From: Antedon mediterranea
Taxonomy: Eukaryota; Animalia; Echinodermata
Assembly: GCF_964355755.1 (NCBI RefSeq)
Contig: NC_092676.1
Span: 17,502,871-17,566,870, forward strand
Direction of reading: 5' to 3'
DNA: 64,000 nt
The position numbers were made by a program, and so were the translations under genes. The notes under the pieces were generated by a model. That model had not been told where the DNA came from. It did not search any database and saw only the letters and a list, made by a program, of their open reading frames with translations. Shown one piece after another: positions 1 through 12,700 of this stretch; position 1 is the first letter of the stretch, and each line of letters starts with the position of its first letter.

Positions 1-66
1 AACTATCATTTTATTTTGAAGACATTTAACAAATGCAAATTGTAAGAATTCAAATTTTTAACTTAC

Positions 67-3000
67 ACTTGTGTCATCTATATTGTCGTTGTCATCATCA
101 GTATCACAGATGTCTCCGATCTGGTCGCCATCTTGATCTTCTTGTCCACTGTTTGGAATATTTGGACAGTTGTCCTGAAAATCAAAGAAACAAGATTATA
201 AAACCGTAGTAATCTTTTAACAAAATACAGTAAAAACTCAAAACAATAGTATGCACCGCAAACCTGGTCACTAATATAGTACTACAACCAAGGCAACCTA
301 ACAACAGGATGCTGAGCTCCGGAGATAAACGAGTTTATATGTGGCAGTCAACTTTGTGAATGATTTTCGATTGGCAATATTGGCTTCCTCAAATGTTTGG
401 TTAGGAGACACCTCGTCGCGGAGAATATAATGTTATACATGGTTTTTGTCAAATGTCTTTTCTTTTGTAAATCCATAGCATTTCAGTGTTTTCTGTGATT
501 TGTGAATATTTGAATAAATAAATACGTACATCAAATTAAAAAGCACTGTTTTAAGTGCGCTGTTGCTTCAACAGCTTTGGTGTTATAAAATGTCTTCCTC
601 AATCATTAAAAAAGGCAAATTTTACATTTTATTCTAATCCTGACTTACTTTATGACATGATGTATCAATACAAGGCAGATTATTCAGAGGCAATCCATCC
701 GTGTCGATATCAACTTCACAAAACACTCCATTACCAGCAAAGCCATCATTGCACTGCAAAAAAATTAAAAAAACATTTGGAAAATGATGAAGATTATTTA
801 AACTTCCTGATGACAAATTCTACGTGAGATTTCTTTCTATTTCATTCTATTGTTTTTTTTTTATTCCAATACATACATTTTAATATTCTCACTCAATTTG
901 AATGGAAGGCAGTGGCTAGTGTAATCAGTACCAGTTTTAACAACAATTCCACAAATGTTGCTACATTCATATTAAATAATAAAATCAGTGAAATGTTCTG
1001 TAATTGTTGATTTAAGTGATGTATAAAACAATTTTTTTTCAAATTATCTGAAGGAAGTACTGTACAAGAGTAACAAATATCACATTTGGTGACCATGGTG
1101 ACCATCTTGTGACCAATCTCTTACCTCACAGACAAATTTGCCAGCACCTGTAGACGTGCACGTGGCATTGTCATGGCAGTTTGCTACGCCTGTTGCACAG
1201 TAATCTCCTTCAGTGCATCCAATATAGCCGTTACCAAGATAACCAGATGGACAGTAACTGCAATAATAACTTCCCTAAAATTTAAAAGGAAACACCCACA
1301 TTGACTGTATTATAGTGTCTACAGATAAAATGATAACTTTACAAACAAAACATCCCTTTATCACTGAATAAATTGTCAACTTACTGCAGTGTTGACACAT
1401 TCTGACAATGGGTCACAAAAATGGTTTCCAGTTTCACATTCATCTAAGTCAATACATTCCTAAAAAAAAGAAGTGAAAAAATGAATACAAAAATAATCAG
1501 CTCAAGTAGGTGCTAAACAATGACTTTGTTTGTATTATCCGATGTTCATTTGGTAGGCCTATACAGTTTTTACAGGACTGATGATAATAATGAATTATAA
1601 AACAGGTTCAGTTACTTTATTCTGTGGTTTCCTGCAGCGACAATATTGAATTTACTACAAGCAGTTGGGCTCTTTTTTACTTACTTTCTGCTTCAGAAAT
1701 GCTCAAACAACTTCATTCTTAGTTTCACTTTACTATATAATTTAACTTCACGTTGTATACTTAGCTAAAAATAATTCTTACTTGTTGATTATTAATGGCA
1801 TCTTCAAGGCCAATACCATGAGGGGTTACACCAGAGTAGCCTGGAGGGCATCCACCACACTCATAACCTGGATCTAAGTCAATACAAGAACCAGCATCCC
1901 AACAAGGTGTAGCTAGTGTACACTAAGAAAAGAAAGTGAAATATGAACACTGTATTAGCATTCAATACAGTTTGTTGTAGCAAAATTTTCTCTTAAAAAT
2001 GTATTTTACCCGAAAAACATGAAAAATGAAGATTAATTAAATCAGACTTCGAATAGGTTTTTGTTTTAATTAATCCCTTCTATAAAAAAACTAAAAAGAA
2101 TAATGTTTTCTCATATAAAATGACAAAATAAATGGTCAAATTAAACCAAAACCACTATAATGAATCTAGAATTGTAGACACAATTTACTTTCAGCATGTT
2201 GGTGCCTTATCCGCTAATACTATAGTGTCAATAACATTGAAGAATTGCTATTGTTTTATTCTACCTCATCAATATTTGTACATGTCATTCCGTCTCCCTC
2301 GTAACCTGTAGGGCAATCCCTGCATCCATAGTAAGGAGCTGAATCAGTATTGAAACACACTGCTCCTGGAAAGCATGGACTTATGTGTGCCATACATGGG
2401 CCTAGGATTCAAATTTTAAAAGACTTTCTACATTATTCATATTTAGTTATTTACAAAAATCACATAAATTATTTAAAAAGTCGGTATCATTTTTGAAATC
2501 CTTTACCTGATAAACGTTTGTTCTATCTACGGTACACTCTAAAACTGAACAACAAGCAAGAGAAAAAGGCAACATACATGTCACATAAGTGATAGAACTG
2601 CATGAGTTTCACAATATAAATAAACTAAAATCATTATTAAATTTTTGTCAGCGATTTGAAGTAACAGTAAAAATTACTCTTACATGCTGCAACACTTGAA
2701 CAAGTTTTGCAAACACCACAATCTCCAGCCGACCATTCAAATACCCCACATGGTTCACATTCCCACTTGCCTTCAGTGCTGGTGTAGCCTTCAGGACAGC
2801 ATTCACATGCTCCCTGTCTGGTTAAATTCTGATAAGAACCTGGAGCACAGGGTATACAGAATTCTGAAAAAAACATATGTGCGATTTAATCATACTGCAA
2901 TTGGCAAACTAGTCATCCAGTATTCTTATCCACTGTGGTTGAGATCTTATTTATTTATCTTAAATGGCAGTTTGATTTAACAATGAGCAAACATATTCAT

Positions 3001-3765
3001 ACCTGTGTCATAGCCTTGTGAGTAAGTACCACGTCCACATTCAGTCTGCTTACCATCAAAACATGCAGTTCCAACTTCACAGAGGGTACAAGATTCCGGG
3101 CAGTGCTAAGTAGATTAAAGAATACTTTATGTATGAACATGAAATATAATTTGCAGTACTTATAAATAGTTTTGGAGGTTTGGAGATGCGTTAAACATTT
3201 CAAAAGGAGAGTTTTCACAATATTAATTGGCATAATGCTGCTTTAGAATCCTAAAATAGGAAGATATTATAATAATAGTCGATTGATATTTTAAGATTTA
3301 AGAATTTAAATAACATAGTCTCTCGATCCAAAATTATTTATTATATAATTGTTATCATATACTATACCGTGGTATTGCATCTTCCATGGTGATATGTAGG
3401 GCATAATGTGGCATATCCATCATCACAAAGCTGAAGAAATATAGGGTAAATAAGATTTAGAGGCATTCCAATTAAAAATATAGCTACCACAGGTAATAAA
3501 TGTAGGCCTACTGTTGGTTTTACTTTAAATTTTAATTTAAAACAAAACATTTTAATGTTAACTGAATTATATTATTGACATTTTAAACCAAGCAAGCTCA
3601 CCCATCCATCTGGACATTCTGAACATTCTGAAGCATGGCCAAAAGAATGCTCTGTTGGACTACGATCACATGTCAGAGCATCCTCGTCACAGCGTCCACA
3701 CATTCGTTTGATGCCATCTCCGATACAGTAGTAGGTTGCCTCACAACGCTGACATTCAGTTAAAT
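67..3765 (-). CDS. Paralogue A Cys-rich GCC2/GCC3-like repeats, EGF domains and first TSP type-3 repeat
   Basis: [27 protein letters not shown]; EGFs [27 protein letters not shown] and [12 protein letters not shown]; TSP3 [24 protein letters not shown]. Confidence 0.9.
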
Positions 3766-6700
3766 CTTAACAAAAACAATATAATTGTAACTCAATATTA
3801 TTAAATACCCAAAATGAGATGGAGAGATGACCTGAGAAATATAAAAATAAGTTTTTGAGAATAGCAAAGAAAAAAGAAGCAAAGGGAGTGCTTTGTGGAG
3901 GGATATGTACTGCAGTGGACTGACAAATCCTGAAGAAGAAGTTTAAGTACTTAAAACAGATATTATTGACCTTCAATGTACCTTTAAAATATTATATGTA
4001 TAAGTTAATTTTCAAGTAATTCAGTATATTAAGCACATAGTTATTAGATTGTGTCAATTGAACTACTTTAGATGCTACCTAACTGCAATTGCTTTTGTAG
4101 TGTTTAAGGAAGAATATATTTATCCAGACCAAATCAAGTAAATTATTGAATTTGAAAAATCTTAAATCTCAACTTACATCTGAATCTTTGATCTGTACTA
4201 CACCCTCTAACTTCTAGTCTCATTGCAACAGATCCTTCCCATGCTGTTGGTATGATCCGGATGTACTGAGCATAATAGTCTATGCCAAAGAAATTGGCTT
4301 TTACCGAAGACTGATCAGTGTTTCCAGTAAATACCTATTCAAGAATATTGGTATTGGAATAGCAATGTTTTAAATTTGTTATATCAAATTAAGAGATTAA
4401 AGAAGTATCTATAAATACCGTACTTGATGATCTTACCTCCCCTAAGCTTGTCCATGTGACAGTATCATTTGAGAGCTCTATTTGAAATTGAGTAACCCAA
4501 GATTCAAAGTCTGCGGTACCTTGTGTAACGACACCAGTAAAGACATACGGCTTAAGCATATCTACTTGAAACCATGGACTTGAATCTGTTCCCTCAGCTA
4601 CCCAGCCTAAAAAATGCAAGGTTTAACACTAAATGATATACCTACAACAAATATCGTCTCCATTGCATGAATAAAGCAAGAAAGTTACCTGGATAAAAAC
4701 GGTTTATGTACTTGATGTAATAGAAATAGCAATTGTAAGTAAGGATAAGTATGCAGTGGAGCAGTAAAAATACAGATTTTAGCATTTTTAGATAGGAAGA
4801 AAACAACTGCAGAAAATAATTTTGGTAAAGAAAGTTAATATTAAAAATCGAATTTGGAGTTAAACCAATGATGTGAAAGAAAGGATGGAGAGTTGTTATA
4901 CGTGACACAAGAACAAATAAATAAAGTATTCTCCACAAGATAGCGTATCAAGAATTCAACCAGTAATGGTTTCACCAACTGAAGCAGACACAACAATGTC
5001 TTTGGATAAAAACTTCTATAACCATCATTAACTTATGGAATATAGCAGCATTATCTCACCAGATCCAGCAGGAATGTCAGGATCTTCTTTGATAAACAGG
5101 CGTCCTCGTTCAGGTTCATACTTTTCTTTGCTGCTTGATGCAGATAACTGAGAATCTTGAATGGAACCAGAGATCAATCCAAGATTTTTCTTACAAGCTA
5201 TATTGAAAAATACAAAAGAAGAATTCAAAATATATAGTACCCATCAAAACAATAAGTAATTTCATGCCTAGAAAAAGTTGGAAAATTTCTAAATCTGAAG
5301 TTTATGAAGGCTACTAATAATTTGAAAACTAAAACGGTTTCATTGTTATTCGCAAACAAAAAGGTCTAGAATGAAAAAAAAAGATTCAATGATAAAATCA
5401 ATACCATATCTCTGTGTAATGTACTGTACAATTAAAACTGATTTCTTACCAAAGTCACTCATGTAATACTGAGGTACGCGTAGATAAAATTCCCCTGTAC
5501 TGTAGTCTATGTCCATGTATGTTGGAATATCATCATGCAAGAGATCATGCAAACATGTTTCACTCAGCGTTACATTTACGATGGATGTGTCACCTCTAGG
5601 TGGCGTGCCTCCATCAATAGCTGCTATGGTTATTTCTAGTGTGGTGAATGTTTCATTTAGCAGAGGTCTGAAATAAATACATTAAAAACATTTACTTTTT
5701 GTTACTGATCGATGAGAGCACTATTACTTTTTTGTATTCTATAGGCCTAGCAAAAGAATAAATCATAATGCACAAGAACTACAGAGAAAACAACGTTTTG
5801 CTACATTTACCCATATTAAGAAAATTCAATATACTTAGATTTTTATTTTGTTTTATATTTAGGGCCTCATAAAATCAACTGTAAACATAGACCCGATGCA
5901 TATATTATAATCTTAATTAGAATTGATATATGACCAAATAGTTTATTTAATAAATGGTGTAATAGACCTATCATTACATACGTCTCAATAAATATTCCAC
6001 TAGTATGATATGTGACAATTCCATTATCTCCACCATCGGCATCAGTTGCTGTCAAATTTCCCAAAGGATTCATCTGCATGGGTGGAATGGGGAAGAAACT
6101 ATAGCTGGCATTTGACAAGATGGGACAATTATCATTTAGATCATTGACAAATATCTGAAAAAAGATAAAAATGTGAGATAAAAAACGTCAGGCCTACTAC
6201 AGAAACAACAGTAGCAGTGGCAAACTAAGTTCTAAAAGTGTAATAGTACAAGATTAAGTTAATGATTAAAATGCCAAAGTGTTCTCTTAATTGTTTAAAC
6301 TAGATGGTACGTTGTAATCGGCGTTGGATTTTGTGAAAATACTTTAAGTAGCTATATCTGCTGTTAAATCAAACCAGATTTATGTTTTCCTATCTCACCT
6401 TAACAGTGATTGAACCAACTGTAGGTGGTGATGCATTGTCATCTATGACTTCAATAATCAGCAGATACTCGCTAACTTGTTCATAATCAATGGTTGTTGC
6501 TATTGTAATCAATGCCTTGTCTGTTCCAATATCAAATTCTTGGGATCCACCGATATTTGGTTCTGGATCTAAAAAATGTTGGATTGGATTAAACATTTTT
6601 AACTAATTGAAAACCAACTAATTCATCTTTCATTATATAGAGCCTTTTTGACTATTACATAATTATCATACATTATTTTTAAATTTTAGAATACAGGTAT

Positions 6701-9700
6701 TTGTAATTTTAGAATGACTTATGGTGATATAGAAACTTTCTATAATTCCATGTGAACTTCCATGGCATAGCTTTGGATTATTGGACTAAAAAGAAACTAA
6801 GGTTCTTTTATTCTCACCTCCTATTGTTGATTCTGTACAAATATAGAAAGTAGTGCCATTGATGGTTTCTGTTTCTGGAGGTGTGGCAGCGGTTGGTGGA
6901 TTTCCTGCATTAATGTTGTCAGTAGTATCATTTTTAATAGTAAAGTGGCGTCCTTCATTACCTGTAAAATGCATAAACCAGGAATTTCAACTATATATCA
7001 ACATGGTCATTGTTTATTGTTAAATTGTTATTCCATTAAGTTACTTTACTGAAAGGGATCAACATCGCCGTTTGTGAAAATATATAAATATAACTTTAGG
7101 CCTACCTGAAACAATCGTAACATTATAATTTGGGCCAGTAGAGAAGGCATCAGCAACCCATATTGTTTCAATAATCCCATCAACATACAGGTCTTCATCA
7201 ATAGTTATAGCATAATCAGCAGGTGGTTCGTCTACTTCAAGATCCAGAAACGACACGCCTTGCATTTCAAAGTAGAATTTGGAAATACAAGGTTCACGCT
7301 CGGTCAAAAACATGTCAAAACGATAAGTTCCTCCGACCTAAAACAAAAGTATTTTGATAAACATTGCATCTCAAAAAGCATGTATAAAGCCCACACATGT
7401 GTATTGCACACAGAATTCGTACTTTCCATACTTCTTTCTTCTTTCTCTTTTGTGGCGTTAACCACTATTTATTCATTTCATCTTCAACAGATTAATACTT
7501 TCCATACTTTACTTACTGTCAAGTCTAGATAGGCTCGTTCAGAGTTGACATATCCAGTTGTAACACAAACCCCATCTATTATAGTTCCTTCTTGTGGTAT
7601 GACATACCCACCACCTGCAACAAAGCAATATCATTTCTACATTGATTTTTCCCAATCTAAAAAAGAAATCTGCTCCTGTGATCTATCAAGGTAATAAGAT
7701 TGCGATAGTGTATATGCATAAATGTTATGTAATAACGCTAAGTAATGGCAATTATAAGGTTGCTCAAAATCCCATTTTCTTGACAGTTTCAATTTCCCTG
7801 ACAGTTTCGCCTTCTATAAATGATTGATAGATCCTAACTCTATCCTTGCTTTCTGTATATCAAATCTAAAATTGTGTCATAGTCTAAAATATTTAAATCT
7901 AAACATTATTCAGTCTTACCATTTGCATTTGATAGTTGTATGCTCTTGCAATAATCAGGATCTGTTGCGCCACCAACAAGAACCTGAATAACTAACACCT
8001 TATTGACATACAACCACAGTTCATCTCCTCCACCCAGTGTTATATTCTCTGTACCTTGAAATACAATTCCTGTTCTTAACACGCTTGTAAATCTACGGAT
8101 AAATAATATGTTTGTTTTACAATTAAGACTAAATCTTTATTGTTAACTAAACTATTGATTAAAATAAACCAACGTAATTACCCAAAATTATGAAGAACAA
8201 AAGCACAGTCTCTTTGGCCTTCTGATGTATAACCTAAGCCATCAACTGGGAAGTATTCATCTGTATAGTACCTAGAAAAAAGCGCATGGTTTAACGTTAT
8301 ATCAGTAATCTAAACCATTTGGATTCATAATGTAGCAATAATAAAAGTCAAGTTGGGAGATTGGTTTTCTTTATTTTAGATGGGTTAGGGAAGTGAGCAA
8401 GGAGAAAAGAATGTGTTGAAGGCTTAGGTGGTTCTTTGAATGAGTAGTCAGATTTACACTTTGAACAAAAATATATAAGTCTGTTTCTGAAAAAAAAAAT
8501 TGTAGATCCTAACAATTGAGACTTTTCTCATTCGTATAGAGAAAACCCCCATTTTGATTTCTCAGTCTCTCAAAATTTGAGTCTTACTTGAAAACTGCAT
8601 CATAATTTGATTGAAACTTTGCATTACTCTACATTCTACACGGGTTTGGTAGATAATGTTACACATGTTTTTATTTGTTAGTTTGGTATATAAACATAAG
8701 ATACTAAAGAGTATTACCTGTGTATAGGATGCTCAAGAGAAGATGTATTTAGCCACGGAATTGTGAGTGTTCCTTCCATGACATAATTGTTTGGATTATC
8801 CCGAAACCACTCGGAGAAAGAATCGCCAGAGGGATTATCAGAAATGGCTAGCCAACCTCCATAAGGACTGGATACATATTCTGGATTTGTGATCAGACTT
8901 TTCTGGGCTGCTGTGAAATCTGGATGACTTACGCTGAAAGTCAATATTTTTTATAAAAATAGTTCATGTTTTGAACTAGGATGAAATGAACTATTCTTGA
9001 AAATCTAGATTATTGCACACTTTAGATCTAATACTGCAATTCACAGGCTTTATATTAGCATCTGAAGCCAATTATTGTATAAATATCATGACAATTAATT
9101 TAAATGTATAAACAGGTGTTAAACTTGATAGTAGGCCTACTATACCGATAAATTCACAAATAATCCAATCAAAATGTTAGTACAATACCACATCATTATG
9201 CTGTTTGTTGATTGTTGGTTTATAGTATAAAATAATTACCTAAAATCATAATATGTAAATGATAACAAAATATCAGTTCCATCAACATCAGTCTGGTTAC
9301 TGGATATTGCAGTATTTTCTACTGTTGTTATGTGATATGGTTCACTAGCAGCGCTTGTATAACCATTGGCAGTTAACTGAATAGTGCATGTGTAGTCTGT
9401 TCCGTATTTGGTGCCGTATGTTTCATCCATCAGTAGGTATGTGTTGTTAGTATAACCGGTAAGTGTTGTAGCGGTATCACTGGTACAAATAACTGTGTAA
9501 CTCCTGGAACATTTAATCCAAATACCATAGTTAAATGTAACAATTCAGACACTTAATTTGGGTTCGTTTTCAAACACAGCGCTAAATAATGTTATACAAC
9601 ACATCGTATACACAACAATTGTACGATTGATACCAGCTGCTGGCTTAAAAAATGGCTGTTAAGAATAGCAAACTATTACCTAGACAACCCTGAGTACCAA

Positions 9701-12700
9701 GAAAATATGTGTAGGTGGCAGTTTACTATACTATACTACTATGGCATAGTTCCAACGAACAGTATAGATACATTTTCAAAGGAAGTTGGGTGGGAGATGG
9801 TGGTGAGCAAAAGATGATAATCTTGGGAGAAAGGTGGGAGAAGGCAGTCAAGCGTCACCTCAAGGCAGCCACCAATTTAAATAAAAATGCTATTATATAC
9901 ATACCAAGAACTGGTGTCTATTGTAGAATTCAGAGTATCTGTTGGATTGAGAATACTTGGGTGTGACCAGTTTGCCAACAGTTCATTTGGATTTGGTGAA
10001 AACAGATTTATATTTTCTGCATCTGTAAAATACAACCAAATAATTTTAAAACATCCAAGAAAAATGAAAAATTCAATTTCTTATTATATTTATAAGTAAT
10101 AGTACAATAATGAAAGATTATGGTCGAAGGAGAATGTTTTCATGGGCTGTAAGATTGACTGAATGTAATTGAATAGAGTTCAATGAATGAAAATATTCTC
10201 CTCATTGAAACAAATATAAGACAAACTTTATTCAATTAATTCATTGCTCACATCTTGAATATAATGTTAAAGGCACATTTTGACTGCGAAGTAAAGCAGT
10301 TCAAATGTCTTATTGTACAGATCGTGCATTTTTCAATCTAACATTCTCAAATGTTTTTTAAAATCTGAGAGGGCAATAGTTCCTTCAATCATTCAAATGG
10401 AAGACAAATAATGATAGGTCAACTAAATTAGAAATTAAAGGACACATATCGCATGTTTAATCCTAATCTTATACAGCATATTAGAAGTTAGAAGAACTTA
10501 CTGCATTGAAACAGACTTGTGTAAACACCCTTGGTATAGTAAGTATTTTCTTCTGCCATACTGGTAACAAAGGTAACACCCTGAAGTGCAGATGGTTCCA
10601 TACACTCGCCTCCAAATATGGACTCATTTACAGCAAGAAATGAGAAGTATGTGTCACACGCACAGCCAATTGGATTGTTCCCTAAATCACTGTAAAAAAA
10701 AATGGATTTTTCGAGATAATCATTCTTTAAAATAATATTAAAATATGTTTATGCAGGATTATCTACCATGATAACTTTCGTTTCTTACTTTTGAATTTTG
10801 TTTATAGAAATAGTTCAAATAGATTTATAAATGTAAACTTTATGAGAAATGTGAGACTCGGCTCTCCGTACACTCGTAAAACACCATAATAAAAACATTA
10901 TTCAAAAAGAAAACACAAAAAAAAAGATTTTTAAAAAGCCATTACGAATATCAAAATAGAAAATAAATACTGTACTGTATTTGTGTTAAAAATAAGGTTA
11001 AATGATTATAACATGTATTTAAGCATGTTTTATTGTATTGTTAGTTTGAATAAGTATACTGTTGATGTACTATAAATTTTTAAGAGATCAATTATTTGTA
11101 TAGAACTTAATATATTAACATGATGAAACAGACGCAGTTATTAGAAAGAAAATTAGGTAAACTGCTTCTCATATAAAACTGGTCAATAAAATCATCAAAT
11201 TGAGATTACACATTTTGTTTCAAACCACAAAGTCCAATATACAGTAACTGTACTTACAGATTTGTTAGGTGTGTTCCGATTCCAGCAAAAGCATTTTCAC
11301 CTAAACTCTTAATCGCATTAGCATTCAAATTCCTAAAAAACAGTTAGGTATATTTAAATATGATAATGAAGTTGACCAATAGAAGTTTTAGATATCCGGA
11401 TTCATTTCACATTTACTTTTGAATTAATGTGTACTTGTTTTTACTATAGCACACAAAGAAAATCAAAAAGAAAATTCCTACAATATATAGGAAATAAAAG
11501 TAAAGGTTTTACTTACAATGTTTGAAGATTTGGTAAAGAGACAGTAGTTGGCCAATGTTCGATGTTGTTGTTACTCAAATAGCTATCAAAAAAGTAAACA
11601 AACAATGATAACAGTAACTGAATAATTCCACATGAAATTTGGCTGTGAATTAGTCTAATCAGGATCCTTTCGTAGAAATGAGATTAATAGAGTTAAGATT
11701 AAATTTATGATCAATTATTTTAAAACTATCTAGAAATTATCTAATAATACAACATTCTACTATTAATAAGACAAATTATGTATACCCTATTGCGATGTCT
11801 CAAATATTGTTCAGCCAAGAAAATTGAAGCAATTTTACAAATAATTAAAAATATCATGTTAGGCCTATAGTGATTCTGTTGTTTTTGGCGTCCAAGACAT
11901 TTTTTATGTCGAATAAATAAATGAAATAAATAGATGCTACTTACATATGCATTACATTTGTAAGGCCGTTAAAAATATCATCGCCTACCTCAGCTATCAA
12001 ATTGTTTTGAAGGTTTCTGTTAAAAAAAAAATAAGATTTAAGTTTGGTTCTCACTATAACACAATAAAAACTTACAAATCACAAGCAATGGGATATTATG
12101 GTTGGTTAATCGGTGGTTGGTCGGTCCGTTAGTTGGTAAACACTAACTCAAATTTCAAATTTAAGCACGCAAGTGCAGCCATTTATATGGCCTTGTTAAA
12201 AAAACTAAAACCCTTAACTTAGTAAACTAATTTGTATACTGATTTAAATATTGTAATGAAACGAAACGAAACGAAAAAAACGAAATAAAGTGACCTGATT
12301 TTGTTACTTACATTGTTTGCACAGATGTCAATCCATCAAAGGCAACCGTGCCCAACTCCACAAGAGCATTGTCTGATAGATCTCTGTAAAAATGGTAGTA
12401 TGACAAATATCTAAAGTATGAATATAATACATTGAAATACAACTAAGCAGTAGTATATCATTCTGGTATCTTTGAGAAACAAATTAAACTAGACTAAAAA
12501 AACTTTTTGTAATTAATAATTGAAAAAAATTTATTTTTTACTTTTGATAATAAATTCCCAACTCAAATTTTATACCAATTTTACTTTACATCGGCCGGTG
12601 TATCATTTTAACTCATCTATAACTAGTCCATTCAAGGCTCCACATTTTCTGATTGAATTAATTTTATCACACTATGGCTTCTACTGCAGGCATGTATACA

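Noticed and set aside
290-530. Possible LINE 3' end with AATAAA tail
   Set aside because: No convincing RT peptide could be read.
6299-6311. ACTAGATGGTACG match to the Helitron 3' end
   Set aside because: Only 13 bp, with no hairpin partner or further homology.
9815-9880. GGEQK...VKRHLKAA resembling the RTE remnant at 31610
   Set aside because: Too short and interrupted to call with confidence.
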